A DNA stretch of 64,000 nt from Ignavibacteriota bacterium (GCA_963787835.1 CAWBEI010000002.1:1632001-1696000); one strand, 5' to 3'; positions 18,133-28,748 are shown, numbered from the stretch's first letter. Numbers and translations: made by a program. The notes: generated by a model from the letters alone, not told the origin.

Positions 18133-20268
18133 TTATCGCTTGACGCGGTAGTCTTCGATGGTCGCATGTTCCTTCTGGTTCTCGACCCAATCGGTGAGTA
18201 GCCGCTGTTCCTTTTCACGCATCAGTTCTTTGACGATGGTCGGTTTTGCGGCAGCAAAATCTTTCTGTGTAGGAATATTTCTTCCCATGAGTTTTGCAAC
18301 ATAGTACCCGTGTTCCCCTTTGAGCGGCGGACTGATCGTGCCGGGCTGTGCGCTGTATGCCCAATTATTGATGACATACTCTGAGGTTGGAAGCCCGTTC
18401 ACGGATTCAGCCGGTCCCATGAGAACGCTAATAGGGGCGAGCGAGGGATCATTCAACGCCGTGGCGGCTGTGGCCAGATCGCCGGTAGTCGCCACAGCGG
18501 CAGCAACCTGCTGAGCGCGAGGCGCGAGCGCAGCCACTGTTTTGCGAAGCGCAAGATCCTGTACGATCTGCTGTTTCACCTCTGCGAGGGGCTTCGGTCC
18601 TTCCGGAATAATATCGGTAAGTTGCGCAACGACGATGGCTCCTGCTTTTAATAAGCGCATCGGCTGTGAAACGTCTCCTTTGGAGGCGCTGAACATCCAA
18701 TCCACAAAAATATGGCTGCTGAAAATAGGTGGTCCTTTTCTGCCGACGGCTGGGGCATCGGTAATGGCATGAAGTCCGGAGGAGGTCGCAGCGGCGTCAA
18801 AGCCATCTTTCTCTGCCTTTTCGCGGAAGATATTAGCCATTTGCGATTCGAGATCGAGCGTTTGATGGCTTGGCTTTACCACCAACGGTACGCCGACGAT
18901 TCCCCACGCTTTTCGAGTTCGCTCTAATACCTGAAGCACATCATACCCTCTCGGATTTTCTACCGGGCCTATAACATCCCCCGGATTAGAAGCAGCAATA
19001 GGTGCGCGAAAGGTAACGGGGAGCATTGCGGTATCCAGCCATCCCATGTCTCCGCCATTGGTGGCATTACGTGCATCGGAAGAACGCGTTCTTGCCATCT
19101 CCGCGAAATTTGCGCCGGCTTTGATCTGCTGGAAGATCTGTTCGGCAACGGCGCGGGCGCTATCCTGTTGCTGCTGCGTTGGGGTAACGACGGTCTGAGG
19201 ATATCCCACCTGGATATGCCGAATGTGATACATAATGTGGGTTGCAGTATCGAGCACTTCGATGACTCGGAACGCGGTGATCTTTCCATCGATCTTTGCG
19301 ATTAAGTTATCACCGGCTTTCGCAGAGAGGAGGGTGGTGTCACTCCCCATTTTGTTCACTGTAACGGCATGACGGGGCATGTACGGGGCATCGCTGTAAT
19401 CCGCGGTCAGTTGCTTGGCAACCGTGTCGATATCGGAAAGAGGCGTTTCGGCGAGTCGCGCTTTGAGCGTGTTAGCAGTCTCCATCACGAGTGCGGTATC
19501 TCGCCCATTTGGCGCAAGTGGAAACCGAACGAACTTGAACTTTCGCTGCTCCGGCTGCTTGTAAAGCCAGGAATGTGAATCGTAATAAGCTTGGATCTCC
19601 TGCTCGGACACCTGAGAGATCGATTGCGGGGTGGGCTGTGGTGCCGGAATTTTGATGACCTGAACGATGGCCTTGGCGCTGTCCGTCATGTAGCGGATGA
19701 ATGCTTCGGTATCGGTCACACGAACGGTCGCGGCCATGGCCTGTTGCCATTTCATTTGGCGAAGCTGATCTCGGGCACTTGCTTCCATGAGCCGAACCCC
19801 GGAATCGTTACGCGGATCTCTCAGGGCTTTGATATAGTCATCCTGATGGAACCTGCCGGTAGAATCGGTGAAACGCTGTTTAATGTCGGCAGGAGGGCTG
19901 TTAAATAGCATATCCCGCACCTCATCATTCGTGACGGTGATGCCCATCTTTTCAATGCTCTGGGACTCGATGGCCTCTGAAACGGCTTCATCCCAGGCAT
20001 TCTGGGAAGCATCATCTTCATCGGCCTCTGAGAGATTCTCTATTTTGTTCTTCGCCTTCATTTGAGCTACAACGGACTCATAGATCTTATTATAATCCTG
20101 TTGCGTGATTGCACGGCCATTGACCGTACCTAAGGTGCCAGTTTCGCCTTTGGGTGAAAAAATGGTCCCTTGACCGCCCCATTGGAAGATAATCATGAGC
20201 AGGAAGATGCCGGCGAGCACGGCGAACACCACCGGCATCGAATCGCGCATCTTGGTCATTACTGGCAT
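18133..20268 (-). CDS. PpiD/SurA-like membrane-anchored peptidyl-prolyl isomerase
   Basis: N-terminal TM helix, SurA_N-like region, and rotamase motif 'HIRHIQV...FAEMARTRSSD...GGDMGW'. Confidence 0.88.
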   Translation of the reverse strand: MPVMTKMRDSMPVVFAVLAGIFLLMIIFQWGGQGTIFSPKGETGTLGTVNGRAITQQDYNKIYESVVAQMKAKNKIENLSEADEDDASQNAWDEAVSEAIESQSIEKMGITVTNDEVRDMLFNSPPADIKQRFTDSTGRFHQDDYIKALRDPRNDSGVRLMEASARDQLRQMKWQQAMAATVRVTDTEAFIRYMTDSAKAIVQVIKIPAPQPTPQSISQVSEQEIQAYYDSHSWLYKQPEQRKFKFVRFPLAPNGRDTALVMETANTLKARLAETPLSDIDTVAKQLTADYSDAPYMPRHAVTVNKMGSDTTLLSAKAGDNLIAKIDGKITAFRVIEVLDTATHIMYHIRHIQVGYPQTVVTPTQQQQDSARAVAEQIFQQIKAGANFAEMARTRSSDARNATNGGDMGWLDTAMLPVTFRAPIAASNPGDVIGPVENPRGYDVLQVLERTRKAWGIVGVPLVVKPSHQTLDLESQMANIFREKAEKDGFDAAATSSGLHAITDAPAVGRKGPPIFSSHIFVDWMFSASKGDVSQPMRLLKAGAIVVAQLTDIIPEGPKPLAEVKQQIVQDLALRKTVAALAPRAQQVAAAVATTGDLATAATALNDPSLAPISVLMGPAESVNGLPTSEYVINNWAYSAQPGTISPPLKGEHGYYVAKLMGRNIPTQKDFAAAKPTIVKELMREKEQRLLTDWVENQKEHATIEDYRVKR

Positions 20269-20401
20269 AGAATCAAACTTTCTGTCGAATGTGAGTTAAA
20301 AATAAGACCTTTGGAGGCCTAAACGGTATATTGTAAACGAGAGCGAACAACAGCAACCACCCGCGAAAAAGTGCGCCTATCCATAGGATAATTGAGGAAT
20401 T

Positions 20402-21055
20402 CTATCGGGGGTCGATCGTGTCGTGTTGCTGGGAATGAGCCGGCGTTTCCAGCAAGTCCATAGTGCACAGCGGTTCCAGCAATCCGATCAACTGCCTGCA
20501 TTTTGCTTCGAATTCCTCCTGACTTCCCGAATTTTCGAGGTAAAAATCCGCTTCGGCATGTGCTTCAGGGCCATAATCCTGCTCAGCAAGGCGGGCCTCT
20601 GCCTGCGATCGCGTCAGGCGGCCTTCCTGAATTACCCGCTGTATCGATGCTTCCTCCGGCGATTCGATAAGCACGATATAATCGAATATCTCCTGAAATC
20701 GCGTCTTCAAAATAAGCGCCGATTCCACCGCGACCGGCCGGGGACTCTCGGCCAGAAAGATCTTCTCCACTTCCCTCGTAACTGCGGGATGAACCACGGA
20801 TTCCACCTTCGCAAGCAGCGATTTATCATGAAAAATTTGCGAGGCCACAAACGCTCGATCTAATTTTCCATCGAAATAAGTCTTTTGACCCAGAATACCA
20901 ATTAGCTGTTCGCGAACCGTGCCATCCCGCTCCATCAGCTCGCGGGCGAGATCATCCGAATGGATAATTTGGAATCCATGCTCCGCCATTAGCCGCAGCA
21001 GCACCGATTTCCCGCTGCCAAGCTTTCCTGTTATGCCGATTCGAACTGAGCGCAT
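20402..21055 (-). CDS. coaE: Dephospho-CoA kinase
   Basis: 'IGITGKLGSGKS', 'DRAFVASQIF', 'VHPAV'. Confidence 0.93.
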   Translation of the reverse strand: MRSVRIGITGKLGSGKSVLLRLMAEHGFQIIHSDDLARELMERDGTVREQLIGILGQKTYFDGKLDRAFVASQIFHDKSLLAKVESVVHPAVTREVEKIFLAESPRPVAVESALILKTRFQEIFDYIVLIESPEEASIQRVIQEGRLTRSQAEARLAEQDYGPEAHAEADFYLENSGSQEEFEAKCRQLIGLLEPLCTMDLLETPAHSQQHDTIDPR

Positions 21056-21500
21056 ACCAACTCAACAAACGCGCAGACGCTTATGTGCTTTTCGATATGG
21101 CGATTCCAAGCCGTTTTCGGCAACTGAACCCCCAATTTTTTTTACATATTCATTTAATGAACTTATGCAAATTCAATACAATTTTTCATGAATGTTGAAA
21201 TAGACATCTACGAGTTCCGCAAAAATCAAAATTTCGTATGTTTCAAAATTATACACCTGTCCCAAAATCGTACATTGCGAATTTAATATTTTTTCATTAA
21301 ATTTCAAAATAGTGTTGAAACATAGAATGTATTGCTTTTCTTCATGTTTGCATAAGGCATTTTGTCGATGAAAATTCAGCAGGATGCATACCGTCCCAGA
21401 ATAGTTCTCGTGTCTCGATACTGGAATTTTTCTGGAATAAAAAAAGGGACAAGCAACTGTCATTGCTCGTCCCCGATTACTCTAAACAATCACGCTCAGT

Positions 21501-21573
21501 AACTGGATTCGTGACGTTTTCGAGTGACAGTCTAATCCGTCGCGAATCCAGTTTAGTTTCAACTAAACTGGAT
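21501..21573 (+). promoter_or_regulatory. Two mutually exclusive 5'-leader hairpins
   Basis: Stem A is 21501-21516 / 21538-21553. Stem B is 21546-21558 / 21561-21573 (perfect). They share ATCCAGTT. ATG is at 21576. Confidence 0.55.
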
Positions 21574-21575
21574 CT

Positions 21576-24332
21576 ATGAAAAACCATAAATACAAACACT
21601 TCGCAGCGGCTGCGATGACGCTGCTTCTCTTCGCGGGGATGGTGCATGCGCAACAGGCGCAGACCGTTTCTGCTCCCCGGACGCTCTCCTATCAGGGCGT
21701 TCTTTCTTCCAACGGCGCTGGCGGAAACATTTCTGCCGGAACCCGGTTATTAACAGTAACACTCTATGGGGATGCCAATGGTACCGTTAAACTCTGGCAA
21801 GGCGCTATGAATACACCGGTCGATGCGAACGGCGTGTTCAACGTCATGCTTGGCACGGCAGATAATCCTCTGCCGCCACCCGCCTCGATGGATCGAGCAA
21901 TTTGGCTCGGAGTTTCCATCGATAATGCGCCGGAACTGCGGCCACTTTCGGAGGTCACGGCTTCGGTGTATGCGATCAACGTCGCCGATAGTTCTATAAC
22001 GACTAGCAAAATCGTTGCCGGCGCAATTACTAGTGATAAGCTAGCTTCTGGATCCGTTACTTCCGATAAGCTGAACATGGACTATATTTCATCCATCACC
22101 GTAAACGGTGAACAGGTTACTTCGAAAGGGGCGAATCTTGACATCGAAGGCGGTCCGGGAATCATGGTCTCATTCGTGCGTGATTCAAACGAGTTAATAT
22201 TAACCAGCACTACTAACACTGGCCAGCCTGCGCCTATTGAGAATGGTACTGTGAATTGGGGTGAGACCGGGAACTATCAAATAGCGGTGCCAACGGAATT
22301 TCTTGGGACGACTGATACCAGTTCCGCCATGGAAATCCATCTTGAAGATGCCTCGAAAGGAGCAACGACAACCGATATTCAGAGGGTGGTTCATCTGCAA
22401 TATGAGGCTGCATCGCCTAATATCACCATGGGTTATGGTTCCGGTTCACTTACAGGAAACATTATCGGGAACGCCTCCGGCGGAAGCACTGTCAGTGGCT
22501 CAACAATCTCTGGCGGCGGACTTTCTGGTAAAATAAACTCCATTAATGGGAACTACTCGACTATTGGCGGCGGCGATACCAACGTTATAAACAGTAATCA
22601 CTCTTTTATCGGAGGCGGAGAATACAATCGTATTGATTCCATGCCTGTTTACTCATTCATTGGTGGTGGAGATAGCAATCACATAGGCCCTGGCCCAATC
22701 AGTTATTCTGTCGTTGGAGGTGGTCAATATAATACCATCACCAACATTGTGGGAACAAACCCATGGACTGAAGGAACAGAATGGCATGTGCTCTGTGGAG
22801 GGCGAAAAAATGCGATCATTACCGACATCAATGCGACCATGAATCCTCCGGGTGATACGGAGCAATATTTCATGGGTGCCGAAATGCTTGGTGGCGGAGA
22901 AAGCGATACGTTAGACGGACCCTGGGGATTTATTGGAGGAGGTAAAAATAACATTATCGCCAATGAGGTTCCACCTCTAGATGATGACGCAGGCGATCAA
23001 ATGACGTATGATGTTATATCGGGTGGTCAGCAGAACAGTATCGATACTCTATCTTCACAATCGTTCATCGGAGGAGGTTTTCGCAACCACATAGCAGGAC
23101 AAGGTTTGTACCCTGGCGGAACTGGTGGAAATTTTAATGATTCGGCATGGGCCAATTTGGATGTCATTGCTGGCGGCAGCCAAAACCGCATCCGTTCTGC
23201 CAATGAAGCCGCGATCACAGGTGGCTATACGAACCTGATCGACACCGGTGCCAATTATTCCTTCATTGGAGGAGGTTATAAGAACATTATTCAAGGGCCA
23301 CTATCTGTAATTGGGGGAGGCGAGAGAAATTACATCTACAACATCAATGCCGATCACAACGTCATTGGTGGTGGATTAAACAATATCGAACAAAATCCGA
23401 GCTATGGCGTGATTGCTGGAGGAGCCTACAATCTGCTGGATACGGCAGCATGGGGAAGTGGAATCCTGTCAGGAGACTATGACACGATTTATACGCAACT
23501 CGGTGCCATCGGAGGCGGACGCTACAACTCCGAGGACAATATCAATGATTACGGCGCCGGTATTGCATCTGGCGAGAGAAATCACACGAATGCGAATCTC
23601 GCGTTCATCGGTGGTGGCCAGTATAATCAGGCTTTTTCTGACTTTTCTACGGTCGGTGGAGGGCAGGATAACATCATCACTTCCAGTTCCGACCACGCAT
23701 CCGTCCCCGGTGGTGATAGCCTGATTGCCAATAGCTACGCCCAAACGGTCGTCGGATATAATAATCTGGAGACAAGCACGGCGGTCACTAAAGCACAAGC
23801 TGTGGCTGGTGTTGCTGGCAGCACGCTTGACAGACCGCTCTTCATTGTTGGCAACGGGAAAACTGCGAGCACTGGAAATCGTGCGAATGCCTTCGAGGTG
23901 TCTTACGATGGACACTCAGTTGTGCATGACGTTCTGGGCGACATCTCCAGTGCGAGGGTACCAGTTGTAGGAGGCGAATATAAGGATAATGTAATTGTTG
24001 CGTGGGCCGATGTAGCCGCAAACGCTACTATCAATCATAGCTTTGGAGTTGCAACTGTTGTTGAGGAGCCGTTCCCAAACACTAATGTTTACGTGGTAAC
24101 ATTGAATATTGTTGACCCCGAAACAGGCGCTGCGGTGATACTTAATGATGCATCAATCGTTGCTACACCGCAAGGCACGGGAGGAATTGGCGATGCGGAC
24201 GGTTGTATTACGCTTAATTGCTCTGAGATTGGAAATCCCGTCGCAGGAACCAATGAGTTCATCGTACGTACCTACTTGAGTTGCGCCGCCAATCCGGAGC
24301 CATTCTTCTTTCAGGTCGTAGGCCGTCATTAA
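21576..24332 (+). CDS. Secreted fibre/adhesin-like protein with many (S/F)IGGG-x-x-N repeats
   Basis: Signal peptide; 'LSYQGVL' N-terminal domain; 'ITTSKI/VTSDKL' repeats; more than 20 GG-x-x-N repeats suggesting a beta-solenoid. Confidence 0.75.
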   Translation: MKNHKYKHFAAAAMTLLLFAGMVHAQQAQTVSAPRTLSYQGVLSSNGAGGNISAGTRLLTVTLYGDANGTVKLWQGAMNTPVDANGVFNVMLGTADNPLPPPASMDRAIWLGVSIDNAPELRPLSEVTASVYAINVADSSITTSKIVAGAITSDKLASGSVTSDKLNMDYISSITVNGEQVTSKGANLDIEGGPGIMVSFVRDSNELILTSTTNTGQPAPIENGTVNWGETGNYQIAVPTEFLGTTDTSSAMEIHLEDASKGATTTDIQRVVHLQYEAASPNITMGYGSGSLTGNIIGNASGGSTVSGSTISGGGLSGKINSINGNYSTIGGGDTNVINSNHSFIGGGEYNRIDSMPVYSFIGGGDSNHIGPGPISYSVVGGGQYNTITNIVGTNPWTEGTEWHVLCGGRKNAIITDINATMNPPGDTEQYFMGAEMLGGGESDTLDGPWGFIGGGKNNIIANEVPPLDDDAGDQMTYDVISGGQQNSIDTLSSQSFIGGGFRNHIAGQGLYPGGTGGNFNDSAWANLDVIAGGSQNRIRSANEAAITGGYTNLIDTGANYSFIGGGYKNIIQGPLSVIGGGERNYIYNINADHNVIGGGLNNIEQNPSYGVIAGGAYNLLDTAAWGSGILSGDYDTIYTQLGAIGGGRYNSEDNINDYGAGIASGERNHTNANLAFIGGGQYNQAFSDFSTVGGGQDNIITSSSDHASVPGGDSLIANSYAQTVVGYNNLETSTAVTKAQAVAGVAGSTLDRPLFIVGNGKTASTGNRANAFEVSYDGHSVVHDVLGDISSARVPVVGGEYKDNVIVAWADVAANATINHSFGVATVVEEPFPNTNVYVVTLNIVDPETGAAVILNDASIVATPQGTGGIGDADGCITLNCSEIGNPVAGTNEFIVRTYLSCAANPEPFFFQVVGRH

Positions 24333-24356
24333 TACTTACTAATAACAATCACCGAT

Positions 24357-26237
24357 TTGCTGAAAAGAGAGTTCAACCAGTCGAATACCAGACCTACCAA
24401 AGTGGGTCTGGTATTCCTGTTTTTTAAGTTGTTTTCTTTGGTCTTCTTAACCTTTGTTCTGGAATATTCTTCCCCATGCCAGGCGCAATGGAAACAACTC
24501 TTGAATCTCGGAGAATTTGGTGGAACTTTATCTTTCAGTTGTATTTATTTTATCGATCTTCCTGGGCCGCCCAGAATTGGTTTTCTTGGTACAAACTTGC
24601 AACTTTATGGCGATTCTCTGGCAAGTTTAATATATAAAACAACCGATGGAGGTATGAGTTGGCATATTGTTAATATTGATTTCGCTTGCAATGACGTTAA
24701 CGATATTACATTCAAAGATTCCTTGATAGGATGGGTTGCGACTGGCGAAGGCGGCTGCTATAAAACTACAGATGGCGGCGAAACATGGTTCAATGTTACT
24801 ATTCCCCCTCCCGGCTACGGAAGTGGCATAGCAACTGGTGTATACTACGATCAAGGATCAGGTGGTCTTTTTCTTTCAACATTCGCAAGTGATGCACCAG
24901 TCTATTATGGACAAGATGAATTATCCTGGGATGAAGGAGCGACATGGCAGCCATTTGCCTACGTTGGAAACGAAGAATCGGGGGGGTTTGCATTTTCCAG
25001 TGGTGACACTGGACTAATGGCTTGGAATGATCTTTATCCCGCCTCGTGGTGGAGGACTACGGATGGTGGACAATCTTGGACCACACTTTCAATTGACTCC
25101 ATGTGCTGGCAACCACTCGCAATTCCTGAAACCCAAACATATTTTGCAAACACTCCATATGGCACGATCCTTCGCACAGATGACGCCGGTGTCACCTGGG
25201 ATTCAATTTACTCCTTTCCACCACAATATAGTCTCAATAGTGGTGAGTATATTTATGAACCGAACGGTAGTATATCAAGCGGTTGTATTCGCGGTACATT
25301 AGACAGTCTTTACGTGATGGTTTGTTCAGGTTGCTACCTTTCCACAGATCAAGGCTTATCGTGGAAATCCCTTTGCAGCCCGCCAATACTCAGGGAGCCA
25401 GTTCAGAGATTTTATGTAAAAAGCAACAGAATTTACATTATTGCAAATGAAGATACGACCGGAAATTCCACGCCTTCTCTTTGGATGTTGGATATGGATT
25501 CTCTCAATACGGTCGTATTAAGTTCGTCCGTGCAGTTGGGTAATGGGTTAAAGCAGGAAACCATTTATTCGGGGGATACGGTACAGGTGTATTATCTTTC
25601 TGATTCAGGGCTTGGTTCTGAGATTGGGAGCGATTCTATTTCCATTAGCATTTCATTCGATACGAATTCACTTTCACTCGTGCATTTCGAACTGGATTCC
25701 GGTTGGAGCATTAAAGATTCTTCCTACTCAAACGGAACGTATCATTTGCTGCTTGTCTCTTCGGATTCTTTGGGATTAGATAGTTCCGCCGTGATTCTTC
25801 GCGCGGATTTTGCATCGTATCTATCATCCACGCCCCAAAGCAAGGTATATCTGGATAGCGTGCATTTCTATGGTCGTCGCCTGAACTGCGATTGCGCAGT
25901 AGCTTCGGTCACCGGCGCTGATTCCGTCGAAATAGATTTCCAGGGTTGCGGTGATTCGCTTCTTCTTGCGGCGATGAGTGGCAAGCCGCTGTTCACGATC
26001 GAGAGCATTCAGCCGAATCCGGCAGCGAACCTCTTGCAGGTCAATTTTTCCAATCCTACTTCAGCGGCAATTTCTTATCAAATCATCGACGCTCTCGGCC
26101 AAACACGCCTGAATGGTATGACGTTAGGCGCTGCCTTATCGCTGGATGTATCCTCGCTGCCGGCAGGAATCTATTTCATTCGCGCTATAAGCGAGAACGG
26201 TTACTCCGTTTCCAGTAAACTGGCGATTGTGCGATAG
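24357..26237 (+). CDS. T9SS cargo with BNR/Asp-box (YCF48-like) repeats and cohesin-like region
   Basis: Repeated 'KTTDGG..W'. CTD 'IQPNPA...IIDALGQ...LPAGIYFIR'. Start uncertain. Confidence 0.8.
   Translation: MLKREFNQSNTRPTKVGLVFLFFKLFSLVFLTFVLEYSSPCQAQWKQLLNLGEFGGTLSFSCIYFIDLPGPPRIGFLGTNLQLYGDSLASLIYKTTDGGMSWHIVNIDFACNDVNDITFKDSLIGWVATGEGGCYKTTDGGETWFNVTIPPPGYGSGIATGVYYDQGSGGLFLSTFASDAPVYYGQDELSWDEGATWQPFAYVGNEESGGFAFSSGDTGLMAWNDLYPASWWRTTDGGQSWTTLSIDSMCWQPLAIPETQTYFANTPYGTILRTDDAGVTWDSIYSFPPQYSLNSGEYIYEPNGSISSGCIRGTLDSLYVMVCSGCYLSTDQGLSWKSLCSPPILREPVQRFYVKSNRIYIIANEDTTGNSTPSLWMLDMDSLNTVVLSSSVQLGNGLKQETIYSGDTVQVYYLSDSGLGSEIGSDSISISISFDTNSLSLVHFELDSGWSIKDSSYSNGTYHLLLVSSDSLGLDSSAVILRADFASYLSSTPQSKVYLDSVHFYGRRLNCDCAVASVTGADSVEIDFQGCGDSLLLAAMSGKPLFTIESIQPNPAANLLQVNFSNPTSAAISYQIIDALGQTRLNGMTLGAALSLDVSSLPAGIYFIRAISENGYSVSSKLAIVR
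24383..24426 (+). terminator. Intrinsic terminator
   Basis: GAATACCAGACCTAC / GTGGGTCTGGTATTC stem followed by a T-tract. Confidence 0.65.
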
Positions 26238-26267
26238 GGCAGGAAGCGAATTGCCTCTTCCAGCGTT

Positions 26268-27881
26268 GTGTGTGGCGTGGAGGGTGTTCGCCCATATATC
26301 GTTGTCCTTGCCGTCGTCAGCGCCGTGATGCTGGTGGCTACGCTGTTCTATCCGTTCGGGTACGATCAGGCGGTGTTTAGCGTGGGCGGGGAGATGGTGC
26401 TGAAGGGCGCCGTCCCATACCGCGATTTTCTCGATACGAAACAGCCGCTCATCTTTTATATCTATGCGGTTGCGTTAGGGTTGTTCGGTCGGCATGAGTG
26501 GTCGATTCATCTTTTAGATATATGCTATCAGTTTGGCGCGGCATTTTACTTCTTCAGGATCTTGCGGCGGGAGCTTTCTTTTGAGACGTCGCTGCTTTCG
26601 GCATCGCTGATGCTTATGCTGTATGCCGGTTCCGGCTTTTGGATGACGTGCGAAGCCGAAAGCTTTGCGATCCTTCCCTCGCTGCTGCTTGTCGATGTTA
26701 CCCTGCGTACAGTCACCTCGAAGCGGCTCGCGAAAGACCGGTTTGCCTTTCAGTATGGATTGCTTGCAGGCGTGGCCGTCGTGTGGTTATTCGTGTTGAA
26801 GATCACGCTGGTCTTAGGTGGATTTGCCGCGATGGTATTCGTGCTTTCACGTCCGGGCATAAGTTCCAAGATGAAATGGAGAGCTTCCATTGCGCCGACA
26901 ACCTCCTCCCTGGCGCTGGGACTATTCTCCATATTTGCGCTGTGGTGGTTGGATGCGCTTGAACCATTCCTGCAATCGCTGGACTGGCTGCGCCATTACA
27001 GCTCGATCGGGGGTGGGGCTTCGATTTTCGAACTCGTCTTTCTTACGTTCCCGGAACGATTAGCGTATTCTACTTCCATCTCGCTGCTTGTATTTGCGGT
27101 GCTTGGCATCGTTCTCTGCGTCAAAAAGAAACAAGGAGACCAACGGCGGCCACTGTTAACCTTGTTATTGATGACGGGTATCATCCAACTCTTCGGTGTG
27201 CTGCTGGAGCGAAAAATAGAATTCCCATATCAATTTACACGGGCGCTCTGGGCATTTACCCCGTTCATGGCGCTGGGGCTGGAATCCTGCATCCGCTGGC
27301 TGCAGAAGCTTCGTAAACTGGGCGGGGCCGTTCGCATGGGGATCATAGCGGTATGTGTTGTGGCTATTCTATTACTTTCGCCGCTTCCGAGATTATTTAC
27401 ACAAACGATACCGTGGGCAACATTCGCCATATCCGGGAACGATGCGGACGCAGAAGTTCAGCGTCGCATTCCCGACTATTTTGCGGAGGAACAACACCAA
27501 GTGGCAGATTACTTAAGACCAAGTATGTCCAATAACGATCAATGTTTCTTTTGGGGGAATGATGTTGCGATTTATTTTTTCTCGAACACCCTTCCGCGAA
27601 CGATCTGCCTGACAGCCACGCCGTTTCGCAGCAGTTCCACGCCTCAACAATGGAAAACAAAACTGATTCAGCAGCTAACGGACACGCCGCCGAAATATTT
27701 TATTGTCGAGTTCGGTGACCCGCGTCCCTATATTACAGGAAGTCCGCTGGATTCGTATCAAGCACTGTTTGCATGGCCAAGACTTGAATCGTTCCTGACA
27801 TCAGATTACACACCGGACACTACGATCGGGCATTTTCATATTTTCTGTCAGGACCAAGATTTGGGGCGATTCAAAGATTAA
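26268..27881 (+). CDS. GT-C fold (ArnT/PMT-like) membrane glycosyltransferase
   Basis: 'YDQAVF...G.VPYRDFLDTKQPLIFYIY' plus many TM helices. Confidence 0.8.
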   Translation: MCGVEGVRPYIVVLAVVSAVMLVATLFYPFGYDQAVFSVGGEMVLKGAVPYRDFLDTKQPLIFYIYAVALGLFGRHEWSIHLLDICYQFGAAFYFFRILRRELSFETSLLSASLMLMLYAGSGFWMTCEAESFAILPSLLLVDVTLRTVTSKRLAKDRFAFQYGLLAGVAVVWLFVLKITLVLGGFAAMVFVLSRPGISSKMKWRASIAPTTSSLALGLFSIFALWWLDALEPFLQSLDWLRHYSSIGGGASIFELVFLTFPERLAYSTSISLLVFAVLGIVLCVKKKQGDQRRPLLTLLLMTGIIQLFGVLLERKIEFPYQFTRALWAFTPFMALGLESCIRWLQKLRKLGGAVRMGIIAVCVVAILLLSPLPRLFTQTIPWATFAISGNDADAEVQRRIPDYFAEEQHQVADYLRPSMSNNDQCFFWGNDVAIYFFSNTLPRTICLTATPFRSSSTPQQWKTKLIQQLTDTPPKYFIVEFGDPRPYITGSPLDSYQALFAWPRLESFLTSDYTPDTTIGHFHIFCQDQDLGRFKD

Positions 27882-27909
27882 GTAGATGGGGAAATCCTAT
27901 TCTATTGCA

Positions 27910-27963
27910 CAATCCTGAAAATCGATCCGCGTGATCGCCTCAAAATCCGAGTAATCCAGGTTC
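27910..27963 (-). repeat. GAACC-GGATT 9-nt-periodic intergenic repeat
   Basis: Reverse complement reads GAACCTGGATTACTCGGATT. Related copies at 37154-37178 (-) and 58826-58880 (+). Confidence 0.55.
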
Positions 27964-27968
27964 TTTCC

Positions 27969-28748
27969 CTATAGATGTGGCTTGCCTTCGAGTGGGTTGC
28001 TCCACAGATTTTGAGAGGGAGCGGTCTCGAACGCGGCTTCGGCTTCTACTTCGCGCCAGATAAGCTGGCATGGGAATCTATTCTCGTTCAGTGCCCGGCA
28101 CAGGACAATGGAATCGATCGCAGGATCGAGCGATTGGATCCGTTTAAGTTCCGGATAGCCACGGACGCCATGTAGTGCCGTGATGCGAATGTTGGCCGAT
28201 CGTGCAAGCCCGGCAACATGCTGAAGCCGATCCCAGTCGATCGTACCGGATTCGAGCGTGTCGCTCGGGGAAATATCGATGGCCACACGATCGATGCCAC
28301 TGGCGCGGTAGAGTGGAAGATGCGATTCGAAATCGAAGAGGAGGTCGACGGTGGGAATGATCTTTCGAGACGTGAACTGGTTGCAATACACGAGGAAGAC
28401 ACTGGCCGGGGTATCCTCTGGTAGAAAAACGCGCTGCACTCCGGCATCAAAGATCTGTTCAAACTCAGAGCTTCTCGGCGGTAACTCCGAGAGCGAAACC
28501 CCGAACGGAATATCGACGGCATCGCGCATTCTGCTGATTAGGTCGAGGCTGCTTTCATCCCACGGATCGCGGTCCAGAAATTGAAGATGAAGCATTTTCG
28601 CATTCTCTTTGCGAAACAGCCGCGCGCGATCTACCGGATCCTGCGTATAGATCTCTCGATCGGCGCGATGAAGCTCGTGCGCGAGCGGAGCGATCTGCGC
28701 GCCGCACACGCCATGCACGATGGGAATGGAGGGAATAATTAGCACCAT
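27969..28748 (-). CDS. HisA/HisF-like TIM-barrel protein, degenerate
   Basis: 'LIIPSIPIVHGVC', 'DPVDRARLF...AKMLHL', 'IDISPSDT', 'LCRALNENRF' follow the HisA layout without its catalytic motifs. Confidence 0.7.
   Translation of the reverse strand: MVLIIPSIPIVHGVCGAQIAPLAHELHRADREIYTQDPVDRARLFRKENAKMLHLQFLDRDPWDESSLDLISRMRDAVDIPFGVSLSELPPRSSEFEQIFDAGVQRVFLPEDTPASVFLVYCNQFTSRKIIPTVDLLFDFESHLPLYRASGIDRVAIDISPSDTLESGTIDWDRLQHVAGLARSANIRITALHGVRGYPELKRIQSLDPAIDSIVLCRALNENRFPCQLIWREVEAEAAFETAPSQNLWSNPLEGKPHL

Noticed and set aside
21100-21450. AT-rich region as a replication origin
   Set aside because: No DnaA-box cluster is visible. More simply explained as a divergent promoter region.
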